From an uncultured Cellulophaga sp. (GTDB taxonomy: Bacteria > Bacteroidota > Bacteroidia > Flavobacteriales > Flavobacteriaceae), in NCBI GenBank assembly GCA_947496695.1, contig CANMEI010000003.1:220109-284108 (forward strand): 64,000 bases of DNA, written 5' to 3'. The position numbers and the translations under genes are program-made. The first letter of the stretch is position 1. Each line of letters opens with the position of its first letter. This document shows positions 41,660 through 51,508 of the stretch, piece by piece. The notes below the pieces were generated by a model. The model had not been told where the DNA came from, searched no databases, and was given only the letters and a program-made list of their open reading frames with translations.

Positions 41660-43336
41660 ATGAAAAATAAAATAAATAATATATTTTCTTTCGTTCTTAT
41701 ATTGGCATTATTAGGCTCATGTGAAACGACCGAATTAAATTTAACAACCGACCCTAATAGTCCTAATCCAGAAAATTTGGATGTAGACTTTACATTAAAC
41801 AATATTCAATTAGATTTTGCAGAAGTTTTTGAACAAGCCACTGAAGCTGGTGGTGAAGCTGTGAGATTAGAATATATGTTTGATGAGTATGATGTAAATT
41901 ACAACAGTACAAATTCAAATACCACAGTATTATGGAGAACAGCTTACGCTAATGTTTTACAAGATATCGAAACATTAATTCCTATAGCTGAATCTTCAGA
42001 ACTATTTGTTCATTCTGGAATTGCGAGAGTAATAAAGGCATATACCTTAATGACATTAGTGGATTATTTTGGTGATGTACCATTAACAACAGCCAATAAT
42101 GGAGATGAAGGTGAACTTTTCCCAACAGTAGACGAAGACACCGCAATATATGATCTAGTTCTAACAGAATTAGATAATGCAATAGCAGATTTTGAAAAAA
42201 CTTCATTAGAAGATCCTGCTAATGATTTATATTATGATGGTGATGTTGATAAATGGACAGCATTGGTTAATACATTAAAACTGAAGTATTATTTAAATCT
42301 TCGTTTATCAGATGAGGCTGGAGCAACTACTGCTATAAACACACTATTAAATGAAAGCTTAATTGATAGTCCTGATTCTAATTTTGTGTTTCAATTTGGT
42401 ACATCTGACTTACCGCAGAGTAAACATCAATACTATGTTGAAGAATATGAAGCTGCAAGTCCTGGTGAATATATAACTAACTATCTAATGTGGTCTCTTG
42501 CTGTTGAAAAAGGTATTGATGATCCAAGACTCAGATATTATGTTTACAGACAAGTAGGTTCTTTTCCGTCTGATGAAGCAACTTTAGATAATGAAATTGA
42601 TTGTTGGAATGATCCTAGACCTGCAACATATGGTCCAATTGATGCTATGATACCTGTACCACTTCCTTTTTGTTCACTTTTTGATAGAGGAGATGGTTAT
42701 TGGGGTAGAAATCACAGTGATAGTGATGGTATTCCACCTGACAACACTAAGAGATCAACTTTTGGAACTTACCCTATTGGTGGTAAATATGATGCAGATG
42801 ATTTCGAAGGAATAAATTCTGGAGACGGATTAAACGGTCAAGGAATTTGGCCAATAATGATGAATTCATTTACATACTTTATGAGAGCTGAAGCAGCTCT
42901 AATACTTGGAACGTCAGATGATGATGCTACAATGTTAGAAGAAGCTGTTAGAGCCTCTATAACTGATGTACAAGCTCTTGGAGCCTCTTATATCTCTGGT
43001 TTAGATCAAACTTACGTTCCTACATCTGACGATGTTGATGAATATGTTACCTATGTAATGGATCAATATAATGCTGCCGCAACTGAAGATGCTAAAATGG
43101 CTATTATCGGTAAAGAATATTGGATAGCATCTTTTGGTAATGGAGTTGAAGCATACAACTTATATAGACGTACTGGAACTCCTATTAATATGACTCCTAC
43201 TCTATTAGGAACTAGTGCTTTCCCAAGAACATTCTTGTATCCTGCTGAATCTGTTGATAGAAATTTCAATATTAATCAAAAATCATTAACAGATAAAACT
43301 TTCTGGGATACAAATGCAGATGGATTTATTTACTAA
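41660..43336 (+). CDS. SusD/RagB-family nutrient-binding outer membrane lipoprotein
   Basis: Lipobox LLGSC, ~558 aa, starting 11 nt after the SusC stop, with TPR-like helical content (WRTAYANVLQDI...). I prefer the ATG at 41660 to the TTG at 41654 used by the track. Confidence 0.85.
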   Translation: MKNKINNIFSFVLILALLGSCETTELNLTTDPNSPNPENLDVDFTLNNIQLDFAEVFEQATEAGGEAVRLEYMFDEYDVNYNSTNSNTTVLWRTAYANVLQDIETLIPIAESSELFVHSGIARVIKAYTLMTLVDYFGDVPLTTANNGDEGELFPTVDEDTAIYDLVLTELDNAIADFEKTSLEDPANDLYYDGDVDKWTALVNTLKLKYYLNLRLSDEAGATTAINTLLNESLIDSPDSNFVFQFGTSDLPQSKHQYYVEEYEAASPGEYITNYLMWSLAVEKGIDDPRLRYYVYRQVGSFPSDEATLDNEIDCWNDPRPATYGPIDAMIPVPLPFCSLFDRGDGYWGRNHSDSDGIPPDNTKRSTFGTYPIGGKYDADDFEGINSGDGLNGQGIWPIMMNSFTYFMRAEAALILGTSDDDATMLEEAVRASITDVQALGASYISGLDQTYVPTSDDVDEYVTYVMDQYNAAATEDAKMAIIGKEYWIASFGNGVEAYNLYRRTGTPINMTPTLLGTSAFPRTFLYPAESVDRNFNINQKSLTDKTFWDTNADGFIY

Positions 43337-43350
43337 ATAAAAAAAATAAA

Positions 43351-44244
43351 ATGAAAAAATATAGATTTAAACAATTGAAATATATTTTATCGATATCTCT
43401 TTTACTTATCATTGTTTCTTGTAGTGATGAAGATAAATTTCCGATAAATTATGATGAACTTAAAGTAAGTGGGGGTGCATTTGCTTCAGAATTAAGTACT
43501 GATGGAAGTACCGATATAGATAGAGAAGATCCTGCATCTTCAACTTTTACCAAAACTTATCAACTAAACTCTTTAGAAGATGGTTTAGATGTTACTAAAG
43601 TAGATTTATACGTAAGTTTTAGTGGTTCATTAACCACTGCTGACGAAGTATTATATTCAACAACAGATACATCAAATTCTGATGCAGAAGTTACTTTAAC
43701 TGTTAATGGAGAATTATTGCTTAATGCACTTAATTTAGAATCAAGTGATCTTGATGGTGGAGATACCTTCAATTATAGACTAGCTTTAACTAACTCCGAA
43801 GGTGAAGAGTATTCAACTGTAAGCGCCAATTTTGATAATCAATCTGCTGATCATACATTTTCTTCAACTGTTATTTGTATCTTATCTATAATACCTGATG
43901 GTGAATGGGTTATTCAAATGGATGATTCATACGGAGATGGATGGCAAACTACAACAGCTAATGGTGGATCTGGAATTACAGTGACATTGAGTAACGGAGA
44001 AGTTTTTGAAGTTGGATTGTGTTCACCATACGAAACACAATCTTTCGATTGTGTTGATGAAGCAAGTAGCGGTACTAGCACAATTACAATACCAACAGAT
44101 ATCACATCTGCTGAATGGTACTTTCCAGGAGATTTTTACGGAGAAATTTCGTTTACAATTACTGCTCCAAGCGGTAATGTTGTAGCATCTTATTCTGAAG
44201 GTTCGGCAGCTGGAATTATAGCATTAAACCTTTGTGATGAATAG
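43351..44244 (+). CDS. Surface lipoprotein of unknown function (third gene of the SusC/D locus)
   Basis: 297 aa with lipobox LIIVSC, S/T/D-rich. The C-terminal Cys-containing domain carries DDSYGDGWQ and GEISFTITAPSGNVV. The gene occupies the position usually taken by SusE/F-like binding proteins. Confidence 0.7.
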   Translation: MKKYRFKQLKYILSISLLLIIVSCSDEDKFPINYDELKVSGGAFASELSTDGSTDIDREDPASSTFTKTYQLNSLEDGLDVTKVDLYVSFSGSLTTADEVLYSTTDTSNSDAEVTLTVNGELLLNALNLESSDLDGGDTFNYRLALTNSEGEEYSTVSANFDNQSADHTFSSTVICILSIIPDGEWVIQMDDSYGDGWQTTTANGGSGITVTLSNGEVFEVGLCSPYETQSFDCVDEASSGTSTITIPTDITSAEWYFPGDFYGEISFTITAPSGNVVASYSEGSAAGIIALNLCDE

Positions 44245-44270
44245 ATTTTAAATATATTTTAATAATAATA

Positions 44271-44303
44271 AAAAGCTGGCTTTAAAGTCAGCTTTTTTTA
44301 TTT
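44271..44303 (+). terminator. Intrinsic terminator ending the SusC/D/lipoprotein unit
   Basis: AAAAGCUGGC-UUUAAA-GUCAGCUUUU followed by UUUAUUU. The G-U wobble forms only on the + strand RNA. Confidence 0.8.
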
Positions 44304-44356
44304 GACAAAAAAAAATCATTATCTTATAATCTAAATTTTATAACCAAAGAAACACT

Positions 44357-45070
44357 ATGAAAAAAATTATATACATTTTAATGCTAATTATAAGCCCAAA
44401 ACTAGCAATTGGTCAAGCTGGCACAACAAGTAAACCAAGTGAATTTGAAAGTACATCGCAATTATATGATGTACTTAAAAGAAAACTCATGGAAAACAAA
44501 GTAGTTAAATATGATTTAAAGAATGTCATAGGCAGTCCTTATTACAAAGACAATTTCATTTCAGGTAAAATGTTTTTAAAAGAGAAGAATTTTGGAAGCT
44601 TTTTATTTAAATATAATATTTACAGGGATGAAGTTGAGCTAAAAGTAAATGCATTGAGTGAATTAGAATCAGTAAAAAAAGTTGTAGGATTACAAATACA
44701 ATTGGACGACTCCACACTATTAAAAGTTATTAAATTAAATAAAGACAATGAACTACAAAATCATTTTGTTATAAATCTTGTAAATGGAAATTATAACCTT
44801 GTAAAAAGAGTCTATGTTAATTTTAAAACACCTAAAGAAGCTGAAAATTCATTAACAACAAATAAAAAAGCAAAATTTAGCCGTTATGAAGAGTATTTTG
44901 TAAAAACGCCTCATAATCAAAACTATACTAAAATAGAAAAAAACAAAAAAAACCTATATAAATTATTTCCAAATAACTCAATAGAAATTGAAAATTATAT
45001 AAAAGAAAATAAATTAAGTATTAAAAAAGAAGAAGATCTAATTAAGTTATTTAACTTTGCTAATCAATAA
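44357..45070 (+). CDS. Exported hypothetical protein
   Basis: 237 aa with an N-terminal signal peptide (MKKIIYILMLIISPKLAIGQ). Lys/Asn-rich, with no recognisable motif. Confidence 0.55.
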   Translation: MKKIIYILMLIISPKLAIGQAGTTSKPSEFESTSQLYDVLKRKLMENKVVKYDLKNVIGSPYYKDNFISGKMFLKEKNFGSFLFKYNIYRDEVELKVNALSELESVKKVVGLQIQLDDSTLLKVIKLNKDNELQNHFVINLVNGNYNLVKRVYVNFKTPKEAENSLTTNKKAKFSRYEEYFVKTPHNQNYTKIEKNKKNLYKLFPNNSIEIENYIKENKLSIKKEEDLIKLFNFANQ

Positions 45071-45097
45071 CACTTCTTTCATATAAATATTAACTTT

Positions 45098-45850
45098 TTG
45101 GAGAGCACACACAACAACACTCAAATTTACGGTATAAGAGCAATTATTGAAGCAATAGGTGCTGATAAGCCAATAGATAAAGTTTTTATTCAAAAAGGTT
45201 TAAATGGTGATTTATTTAAAGAGCTTGAAACTCTTATACGTAAAGAAGGTATTAATTCTTCATATGTTCCGATTGAAAAACTGAACAGATTAACAAGAGG
45301 AAACCACCAAGGTGTTGTTGCTAACATCTCCCCTATTCGTTTTCATACTCTTGAGAATCTTGTAGAAAATGTAACTGCAGTTAAAGAGACTCCATTATTT
45401 TTATTATTGGATCAACTTTCAGACGTACGTAATTTCGGTGCAATTATAAGAACTGCAGAATGTACTGGTGTTGACGGTATTATCATCCAGAAAAAAGGTG
45501 CAGCGCCTGTTACTGCTGATACTATAAAAACTTCTGCTGGTGCTGCTTTTAAAGTGCCAATTGCTAAAGTAGACCACATAAAAGATGCAGTATATTATTT
45601 ACAAGCATCAGGAGTAAAAATTATTGCAGCTACAGAAAAGACTGAAAATTCAGTTTACGATATATCATTCAAAGAAGCTAGTGCAATTATTATGGGATCT
45701 GAAGATGTAGGTATTTCTCCTTCAATATTAAAAGCAGCTGATTACAAAGCTAAACTACCTATGTTAGGCGAAATAGGTTCTTTAAATGTTTCTGTTGCAT
45801 GTGGCGTATTTCTTTACGAAGCCGTTAGACAAAGAGGTATAAAGGAATAA
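45098..45850 (+). CDS. rlmB: 23S rRNA (guanosine-2'-O)-methyltransferase RlmB-like, SpoU/TrmH family
   Basis: 250 aa with a TTG start, an N-terminal SpoU substrate-binding domain, and SPOUT motifs (NFGAIIRTAE, IMGSEDVGIS, LNVSVA.G). Confidence 0.85.
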   Translation: MESTHNNTQIYGIRAIIEAIGADKPIDKVFIQKGLNGDLFKELETLIRKEGINSSYVPIEKLNRLTRGNHQGVVANISPIRFHTLENLVENVTAVKETPLFLLLDQLSDVRNFGAIIRTAECTGVDGIIIQKKGAAPVTADTIKTSAGAAFKVPIAKVDHIKDAVYYLQASGVKIIAATEKTENSVYDISFKEASAIIMGSEDVGISPSILKAADYKAKLPMLGEIGSLNVSVACGVFLYEAVRQRGIKE

Positions 45851-45854
45851 ATTA

Positions 45855-46592
45855 TTATTCAGTTTCTTTATTTTTCACATAGTGATATGTGTAGTTGATT
45901 GTTGATTCTGCTTCAATTTCATGTTCTGGTTCCTTTTCTATAAAGTTACCATTTTCATCAAAATGCTTCAGAAACTCATCTTCTTCTTCATTATAATCAT
46001 CCCGCTCCCATTCATATTTTTTTTGCTCTGGAAGTGATACATTATAAATTAAGGCAAATAAAATTCCTGTTAAAAAACCTCCTAAATGACCTTCCCAAGA
46101 TATTCCGTCTTTAATTGGGAAAATATACCATAACATACTACCATATATAAAAACTACAATTAAAGATAAAGCTACAAGCCTATAATATTTAGTGAAAATA
46201 CCCTTAAAAAAAATAAAACTAGCTAATACATATATTAACCCACTAGCTCCTATATGGTAAGATTCTCTTCCAATACCCCAAGTTAAAAAACCAGATAGAA
46301 GAACTCCATAAAACAAAACTTTAAAAGCAATTTCTCTATAAAAGTATAAAAGTGAGGTGGTTAAAACAGCTAAAGGAATTGTATTATTATATAAATGCTC
46401 TGCAGAACTATGTATAAATGGACTAAACAATATACCTCTTAACCCTACAATGGTTCTTGGAAGAATCCCAAATTTGTTAAAATTAATTCCTAATCTAATT
46501 TCAATTAAAAAAACAGTCCAAATAACAAGCACCAATACAATTGGAACAGCTATTACAGTATTTGAAAAGCGAAATTGGTTTTGATCAGTCAT
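45855..46592 (-). CDS. Rhomboid-family intramembrane serine protease
   Basis: 245 aa, multi-TM, with a catalytic GASG (HIGASGLIY) and a downstream His in WEGHLGGFLTG. It has an acidic cytoplasmic tail. Confidence 0.85.
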   Translation of the reverse strand: MTDQNQFRFSNTVIAVPIVLVLVIWTVFLIEIRLGINFNKFGILPRTIVGLRGILFSPFIHSSAEHLYNNTIPLAVLTTSLLYFYREIAFKVLFYGVLLSGFLTWGIGRESYHIGASGLIYVLASFIFFKGIFTKYYRLVALSLIVVFIYGSMLWYIFPIKDGISWEGHLGGFLTGILFALIYNVSLPEQKKYEWERDDYNEEEDEFLKHFDENGNFIEKEPEHEIEAESTINYTYHYVKNKETE

Positions 46593-46682
46593 TCTTCTAA
46601 TTTATAAAAAAGAAAATCAAAAACACTACCAAAATTAATTCGCATGATAAATTGTCATTTGTAGAATTTGTATTTTTGCTAG

Positions 46683-47960
46683 ATGAATGAACCACTTGCG
46701 GAAAGAGTACGTCCTAAAAATTTAGAACAATATATAAGTCAACTACATTTGGTTGGAGACAATGGCTCATTAACGCATCAAATTAAAAAAGGAATCATTC
46801 CTTCTTTAATATTATGGGGACCTCCTGGTACTGGAAAAACCACTTTAGCAAATATTATTGCTCAAGAAAGCGGTAGACCATTTTATGCTTTAAGTGCTAT
46901 TAATAGTGGTGTAAAAGACATTAGAGAAGTTATTGATAAAGCAAAACAAAGTGGTGGTTTATTTACTTCAAAAAATCCTATTTTGTTTATTGATGAAATA
47001 CATAGGTTTAGCAAATCACAACAAGACTCTCTTTTAGGTGCTGTAGAAAAAGGTTGGGTTACTTTAGTTGGCGCTACCACCGAAAATCCTAGTTTTGAGG
47101 TAATCCCAGCTCTACTTTCAAGGTGTCAAGTGTATATTTTGAATGAGTTTGGCAAAGATGATTTAATAGCTTTACTAAAAAGAGCTATAGAAATTGACAC
47201 TTACTTAAAAACTAAAGAAATTGAGCTTAAAGAGACAAAGGCTTTACTACGTTTATCTGGCGGAGATGGTAGAAAATTATTAAATATTTTTGAATTGGTC
47301 GTAAATTCTGAACCAACTAATAAAATTATAATTACAGATGAGCTAGTACTTCAAAAATTGCAAAAAAATACGGTTAGGTATGATAAAACTGGTGAACAAC
47401 ATTATGATATTATCTCAGCTTTTATAAAATCTATTCGTGGTAGCGACCCAAACGGAGCTGTATATTGGTTAGCAAGAATGATAGAAGGAGGTGAAGACGT
47501 GAAATTTATTGCTAGACGTATGCTAATTTCAGCTTCTGAAGATATTGGACTAGCTAACCCAACAGCATTAGTAATGGCAAACACTACTTTTCAAGCCGTA
47601 ACAACAATTGGGTATCCTGAAGCAAGAATAATTTTAAGTCAATGTGCTATTTATTTAGCCACTTCACCTAAAAGTAATGGAAGCTATATGGCTATAAACA
47701 GAGCTTTAAAAACAGTTTCTGAAACTGGTGATTTATCTGTACCGCTATCATTACGAAATGCCCCTACTAAACTAATGAAAGATTTAGGTTATGGTTCAGA
47801 ATACAAGTATGCTCACGATTATCAAAACAACTTTGTACAAGCGGAGTTTTTACCTGATGAATTATCGGGAACATCATTTTATATTCCGAATCAGAATCAA
47901 CGAGAAAATGCGATTAAAGATTTTTTAAAAAATAGATGGGAAAATAAATATGAAGTTTAA
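46683..47960 (+). CDS. rarA: Replication-associated recombination protein A (MgsA/RarA AAA+ ATPase)
   Basis: 425 aa with Walker [10 protein letters not shown], Walker B FIDEIHRF and the MgsA C-terminal domain ([15 protein letters not shown]...GED). Confidence 0.95.
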   Translation: MNEPLAERVRPKNLEQYISQLHLVGDNGSLTHQIKKGIIPSLILWGPPGTGKTTLANIIAQESGRPFYALSAINSGVKDIREVIDKAKQSGGLFTSKNPILFIDEIHRFSKSQQDSLLGAVEKGWVTLVGATTENPSFEVIPALLSRCQVYILNEFGKDDLIALLKRAIEIDTYLKTKEIELKETKALLRLSGGDGRKLLNIFELVVNSEPTNKIIITDELVLQKLQKNTVRYDKTGEQHYDIISAFIKSIRGSDPNGAVYWLARMIEGGEDVKFIARRMLISASEDIGLANPTALVMANTTFQAVTTIGYPEARIILSQCAIYLATSPKSNGSYMAINRALKTVSETGDLSVPLSLRNAPTKLMKDLGYGSEYKYAHDYQNNFVQAEFLPDELSGTSFYIPNQNQRENAIKDFLKNRWENKYEV

Positions 47961-48811
47961 AATTTAATATTTAGAGTTTTCTCTATTAATTTTTCTCCTT
48001 CATAATATTCAAAAAACCATTGCCCATCTTTGTTATAAACTAAACCTGAATGACCTTCAAGCTCTTCTCCTATATACATATTAGGTTGTGAGGTTTTATG
48101 AATTTTCATTCTAATTTTTGGAGTTTTATCAACTAACTGAAAACCATTATTTATTTCTTGTGCATAAAAAACTTCTTTTTTCTGCATCTGATTTTTTATC
48201 GCAGTAATTTCAGCTTCATCTTTTACATAAGTTTGTCGTGGATTATTCTCAACTGTAACTCTTTTATATTCGTTAGATCTTGTAGCAGTTTGAGAAGTTC
48301 TTTCCTCTTTATTTTTAACCACATTTTGCACATCGTTTGCATATGAAATAGTTAATGGCTGAACTGGCTCTTCTTCTTTTTGTTGAGATTTATACTTGTA
48401 TGTAAACCCTTTCAAAGAAATAAATGCTTTTCGAATAGCTTCATTATAAGCCTCTTTATAATCTTTTATTTTACTAAAACCATCTATTGTTGTAAAAACT
48501 TCTTTAGAGTTACAATCTTTCAAGATAATAGCAACTTTTGTAGAAAACATATTTGACACATCATCTAAAGTTGCATTAAGTGCCATACACCTATTATTAG
48601 ATAATTCAGGAGGTAATGCATCATCATAAACCACATTAAAACCATGTTCTACAAGTAGATATTTAACTAATGTACTGGTCTGATATTGATTTTGACTTTT
48701 GAAAGCATCGAATTGTTTTGGTACTATTATATATTTATAATTGTTTAATTCTTTTTGAGCGTAAATTGAACCGCTAAATATAAACAACAATAATAGAAGT
48801 AATTTTTTCAT
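47957..48811 (-). CDS. Exported hypothetical protein (last gene of a three-gene envelope cluster)
   Basis: 284 aa with signal peptide MKKLLLLLLFIFSGSIYAQ and no recognised domain. Its 3' end overlaps the convergent rarA by 4 nt. Confidence 0.6.
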   Translation of the reverse strand: MKKLLLLLLFIFSGSIYAQKELNNYKYIIVPKQFDAFKSQNQYQTSTLVKYLLVEHGFNVVYDDALPPELSNNRCMALNATLDDVSNMFSTKVAIILKDCNSKEVFTTIDGFSKIKDYKEAYNEAIRKAFISLKGFTYKYKSQQKEEEPVQPLTISYANDVQNVVKNKEERTSQTATRSNEYKRVTVENNPRQTYVKDEAEITAIKNQMQKKEVFYAQEINNGFQLVDKTPKIRMKIHKTSQPNMYIGEELEGHSGLVYNKDGQWFFEYYEGEKLIEKTLNIKF

Positions 48812-48823
48812 TCTAAGGTAATA

Positions 48824-50257
48824 TTATTTTTTACCCCAAGATATAATATTTATTCCGAATAACACAGAAGCATAATTAGAATTTGCTAGATTACTATAGC
48901 CTAATAAATTATCAGCCATTAAATACATATTTATTGGTCCCGCTTGTAAACTACCTCCCAAACCTAAATTAGTAAACGAATATTTATCAACTGTATATGT
49001 AGCTTTTAATGACATTATATGACCGAATCTATGTTGATAAAACCCTGTTAATGCCGCTTGAGGTCCTCGTGGTCTATTTATGACATATAATTGACCGCCA
49101 ACACTATTTTTATAAATATTATCTGCAAAGCTACCACCTGGTTTTGTAGTACAATTACAAGCTTGTCTAGAATCTACTACATCGCCAAAATCGTGACCAA
49201 TAGATGCGTATAATTTTGTTGGCCTAAACGTAATATATTTTTTAGCACTTTCTTCGTAAGGCACTAAACTTTCTAAATCATCTACCAATTCTCTCCACTC
49301 ATCACTTCCTGAACCTAAATCATCTGGCAATACAACCTCAATACCTTCTGAACTTGCATTACCTTTTAAACTATATGTTCTAAGATCATTGGTATGCGAT
49401 ATAAAACCGATATCAAGCAAACTACCTGTAATGTATGTTTGCCTGTCTATTTTATACGTAAATCCTAAATCAAAACCAATACCAAGATCACCACCGAACA
49501 ACGCTCTTTTCGTTATAATATCAGTTACACTTTCATCATTATCAATAGCCTCTTTTAATTCAATAATACCAGAAGTATTAATTTCTAAATCAGCTACTAA
49601 TGTGGTTTTTAATAAATTATTCTCTCCTTCAGTAGTAATAAAATAACCATTATTATTAGTAGAGCTAAAGTTCAAAATACTTGAATATATTTTTGCTCTG
49701 AATCCTAAATCTAATTCATTTGACACTTTTTTATTTATTCCGAAGTGGTAAACATTAACTATTTCTCCTCTAGTTTTTAAATCACTTAAATCAAATCTTT
49801 TACCAATATTATCTGTATTACCTTCATATGCTAGCAAAGCGTAATCTTCAAAATAATAACCTATAGCATCTCCTTCATTATATGCCCCAAAAGAATAAAA
49901 ATTATCAGGATTGTTTTTACCTCTAAAACCTACATTAAATAGTTCTATTTGGTACGTACCACTTAACTCATCTTTGGCGTTCATACCATAAATTACATTT
50001 TCACGAAATTTTGTATTAAAGTCAACACCATCAACAGCAAAAAGATCATTAGAAGTAATACCTGTAACACCTGCTTGAAATGATACCCCTGATAAAATTG
50101 GAACGCCAGCATACCATTTAAAATTCGTAGAAGCTCCTGGGTTCAAAAGTAATGACTGAGGCACCTCATTAAACCCATATAACAATTGTTTGTTCTGACT
50201 AAAAACAGAAAAACATACAGTGAAAAAAACTAGAATACTTAAATATATACTTCTCAT
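48824..50257 (-). CDS. Putative outer-membrane beta-barrel protein (PorP/SprF- or DUF5723-like N-terminal motif)
   Basis: 477 aa with signal ...VFSQ. The N-terminal LLYGFNEVPQSLLLNPG resembles the ..F...LNPA motif of Bacteroidota OM barrels. It has an alternating hydrophobic/Gly-rich strand pattern. Confidence 0.55.
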   Translation of the reverse strand: MRSIYLSILVFFTVCFSVFSQNKQLLYGFNEVPQSLLLNPGASTNFKWYAGVPILSGVSFQAGVTGITSNDLFAVDGVDFNTKFRENVIYGMNAKDELSGTYQIELFNVGFRGKNNPDNFYSFGAYNEGDAIGYYFEDYALLAYEGNTDNIGKRFDLSDLKTRGEIVNVYHFGINKKVSNELDLGFRAKIYSSILNFSSTNNNGYFITTEGENNLLKTTLVADLEINTSGIIELKEAIDNDESVTDIITKRALFGGDLGIGFDLGFTYKIDRQTYITGSLLDIGFISHTNDLRTYSLKGNASSEGIEVVLPDDLGSGSDEWRELVDDLESLVPYEESAKKYITFRPTKLYASIGHDFGDVVDSRQACNCTTKPGGSFADNIYKNSVGGQLYVINRPRGPQAALTGFYQHRFGHIMSLKATYTVDKYSFTNLGLGGSLQAGPINMYLMADNLLGYSNLANSNYASVLFGINIISWGKK

Positions 50258-50784
50258 TCTAACAATTCTAGTTTAAAACTTCCGCTTGATTGAAATGTAA
50301 GTTTAGGATCATCTATGGTAGAGACACTCGTTGTATCTCCATTATTTTCAACACTTACCGATATACTTGATATGCTTTTAAGTATTTCAATATTAGAATC
50401 ATCATAAACAAGAGAATCAAGTACTATTTGCTCCGGAGGTGCCGCATCAATTGAAATTATTTTATAGTCAATAATGACTCCACTATCATTTAAAAAATTA
50501 ACTGTAAGATCTAATTCTTTACTTGTGGTATTATTTACTTCAAAATTTATTACTCCAGATACTACTCTTTCTGAAAACAAACTAGTTTGAAAACCATCAA
50601 AATTAACCTCTTGAGGAATAAAAGTATCACTATTAAAAATATCTTCAGGTACTTCTACTGACAAAATTGGCCCTGACAAATCTGTTGTAACTTCTAAATC
50701 TTTAGCTTGGCTAAAATCTTGCTCATCTGAACATGAAGCAAGAACCAAAATAAATATTGGAATAATTTTTTTTAAGAATTTCAT
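50254..50784 (-). CDS. Small lipoprotein of unknown function
   Basis: 176 aa with lipobox LVLASC. Its stop overlaps the start of the downstream barrel gene (ATGA at 50254-50257). Confidence 0.6.
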   Translation of the reverse strand: MKFLKKIIPIFILVLASCSDEQDFSQAKDLEVTTDLSGPILSVEVPEDIFNSDTFIPQEVNFDGFQTSLFSERVVSGVINFEVNNTTSKELDLTVNFLNDSGVIIDYKIISIDAAPPEQIVLDSLVYDDSNIEILKSISSISVSVENNGDTTSVSTIDDPKLTFQSSGSFKLELLE

Positions 50785-50818
50785 TGAAAAAATAATATAA
50801 TGTTCAATTAATATAACT

Positions 50819-51508
50819 CTATAAGTAAGATTTTATTTCACTTAAATCTGTTATCATATCACAAAATTCGTGCCTTTTCTCATTATGAGCATTAAAATGT
50901 ATAGTCTGCATACCACAAGCCTGAGCACCTAGAATATCTGCCTCTAAACTATCGCCTATCATCAATGATTGTTCAGCTGAAACATTTGCTTTTTCTAGAG
51001 CTAAATTGAATATAACTGGATTTGGTTTTTTAACACCAGCCATTTCAGAATCTATAATATGAGTAAAATAATGATCTATTTTTGAGTTTTTTATTTTCTT
51101 ATTCTGAACTTCATTAAAACCATTAGTAATTATATGTAATTTATATTTGGGGTTTAAATAATCTAATAATTCAATCGCATTGGGAAACAAATGATTAAAG
51201 CTTGACAAATGAGTAATATAATCATCTGATAATCTATTTATTATATCATCATTAACCTCAATACCTAATTTATCAAAAGTAGATTTTAAACGTTGATACC
51301 TAAGTTCTACTTTAGTTATTTTTTCTTCTCTAAAGAGTTTCCAAAATACTAAATTATTAGGCACATAAACTTCTAAAAAATCATAAAGTTCTATATTAAC
51401 TTCATTCTTAGATAGTATTTTAGCAAAGGTAAGTGCAGAGTTTTTTTCAAAATCCCAAAGTGTGTGATCTAAATCAAAAAAAACATCGGTAACAATTTTA
51501 CTAAACAT
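50819..51508 (-). CDS. HAD-superfamily hydrolase, YjjG-like nucleotidase
   Basis: 229 aa with HAD motif I DVFFDLDHTLWDF, motif II ITNG and motif IV GDSLEADILGA. Confidence 0.8.
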   Translation of the reverse strand: MFSKIVTDVFFDLDHTLWDFEKNSALTFAKILSKNEVNIELYDFLEVYVPNNLVFWKLFREEKITKVELRYQRLKSTFDKLGIEVNDDIINRLSDDYITHLSSFNHLFPNAIELLDYLNPKYKLHIITNGFNEVQNKKIKNSKIDHYFTHIIDSEMAGVKKPNPVIFNLALEKANVSAEQSLMIGDSLEADILGAQACGMQTIHFNAHNEKRHEFCDMITDLSEIKSYL

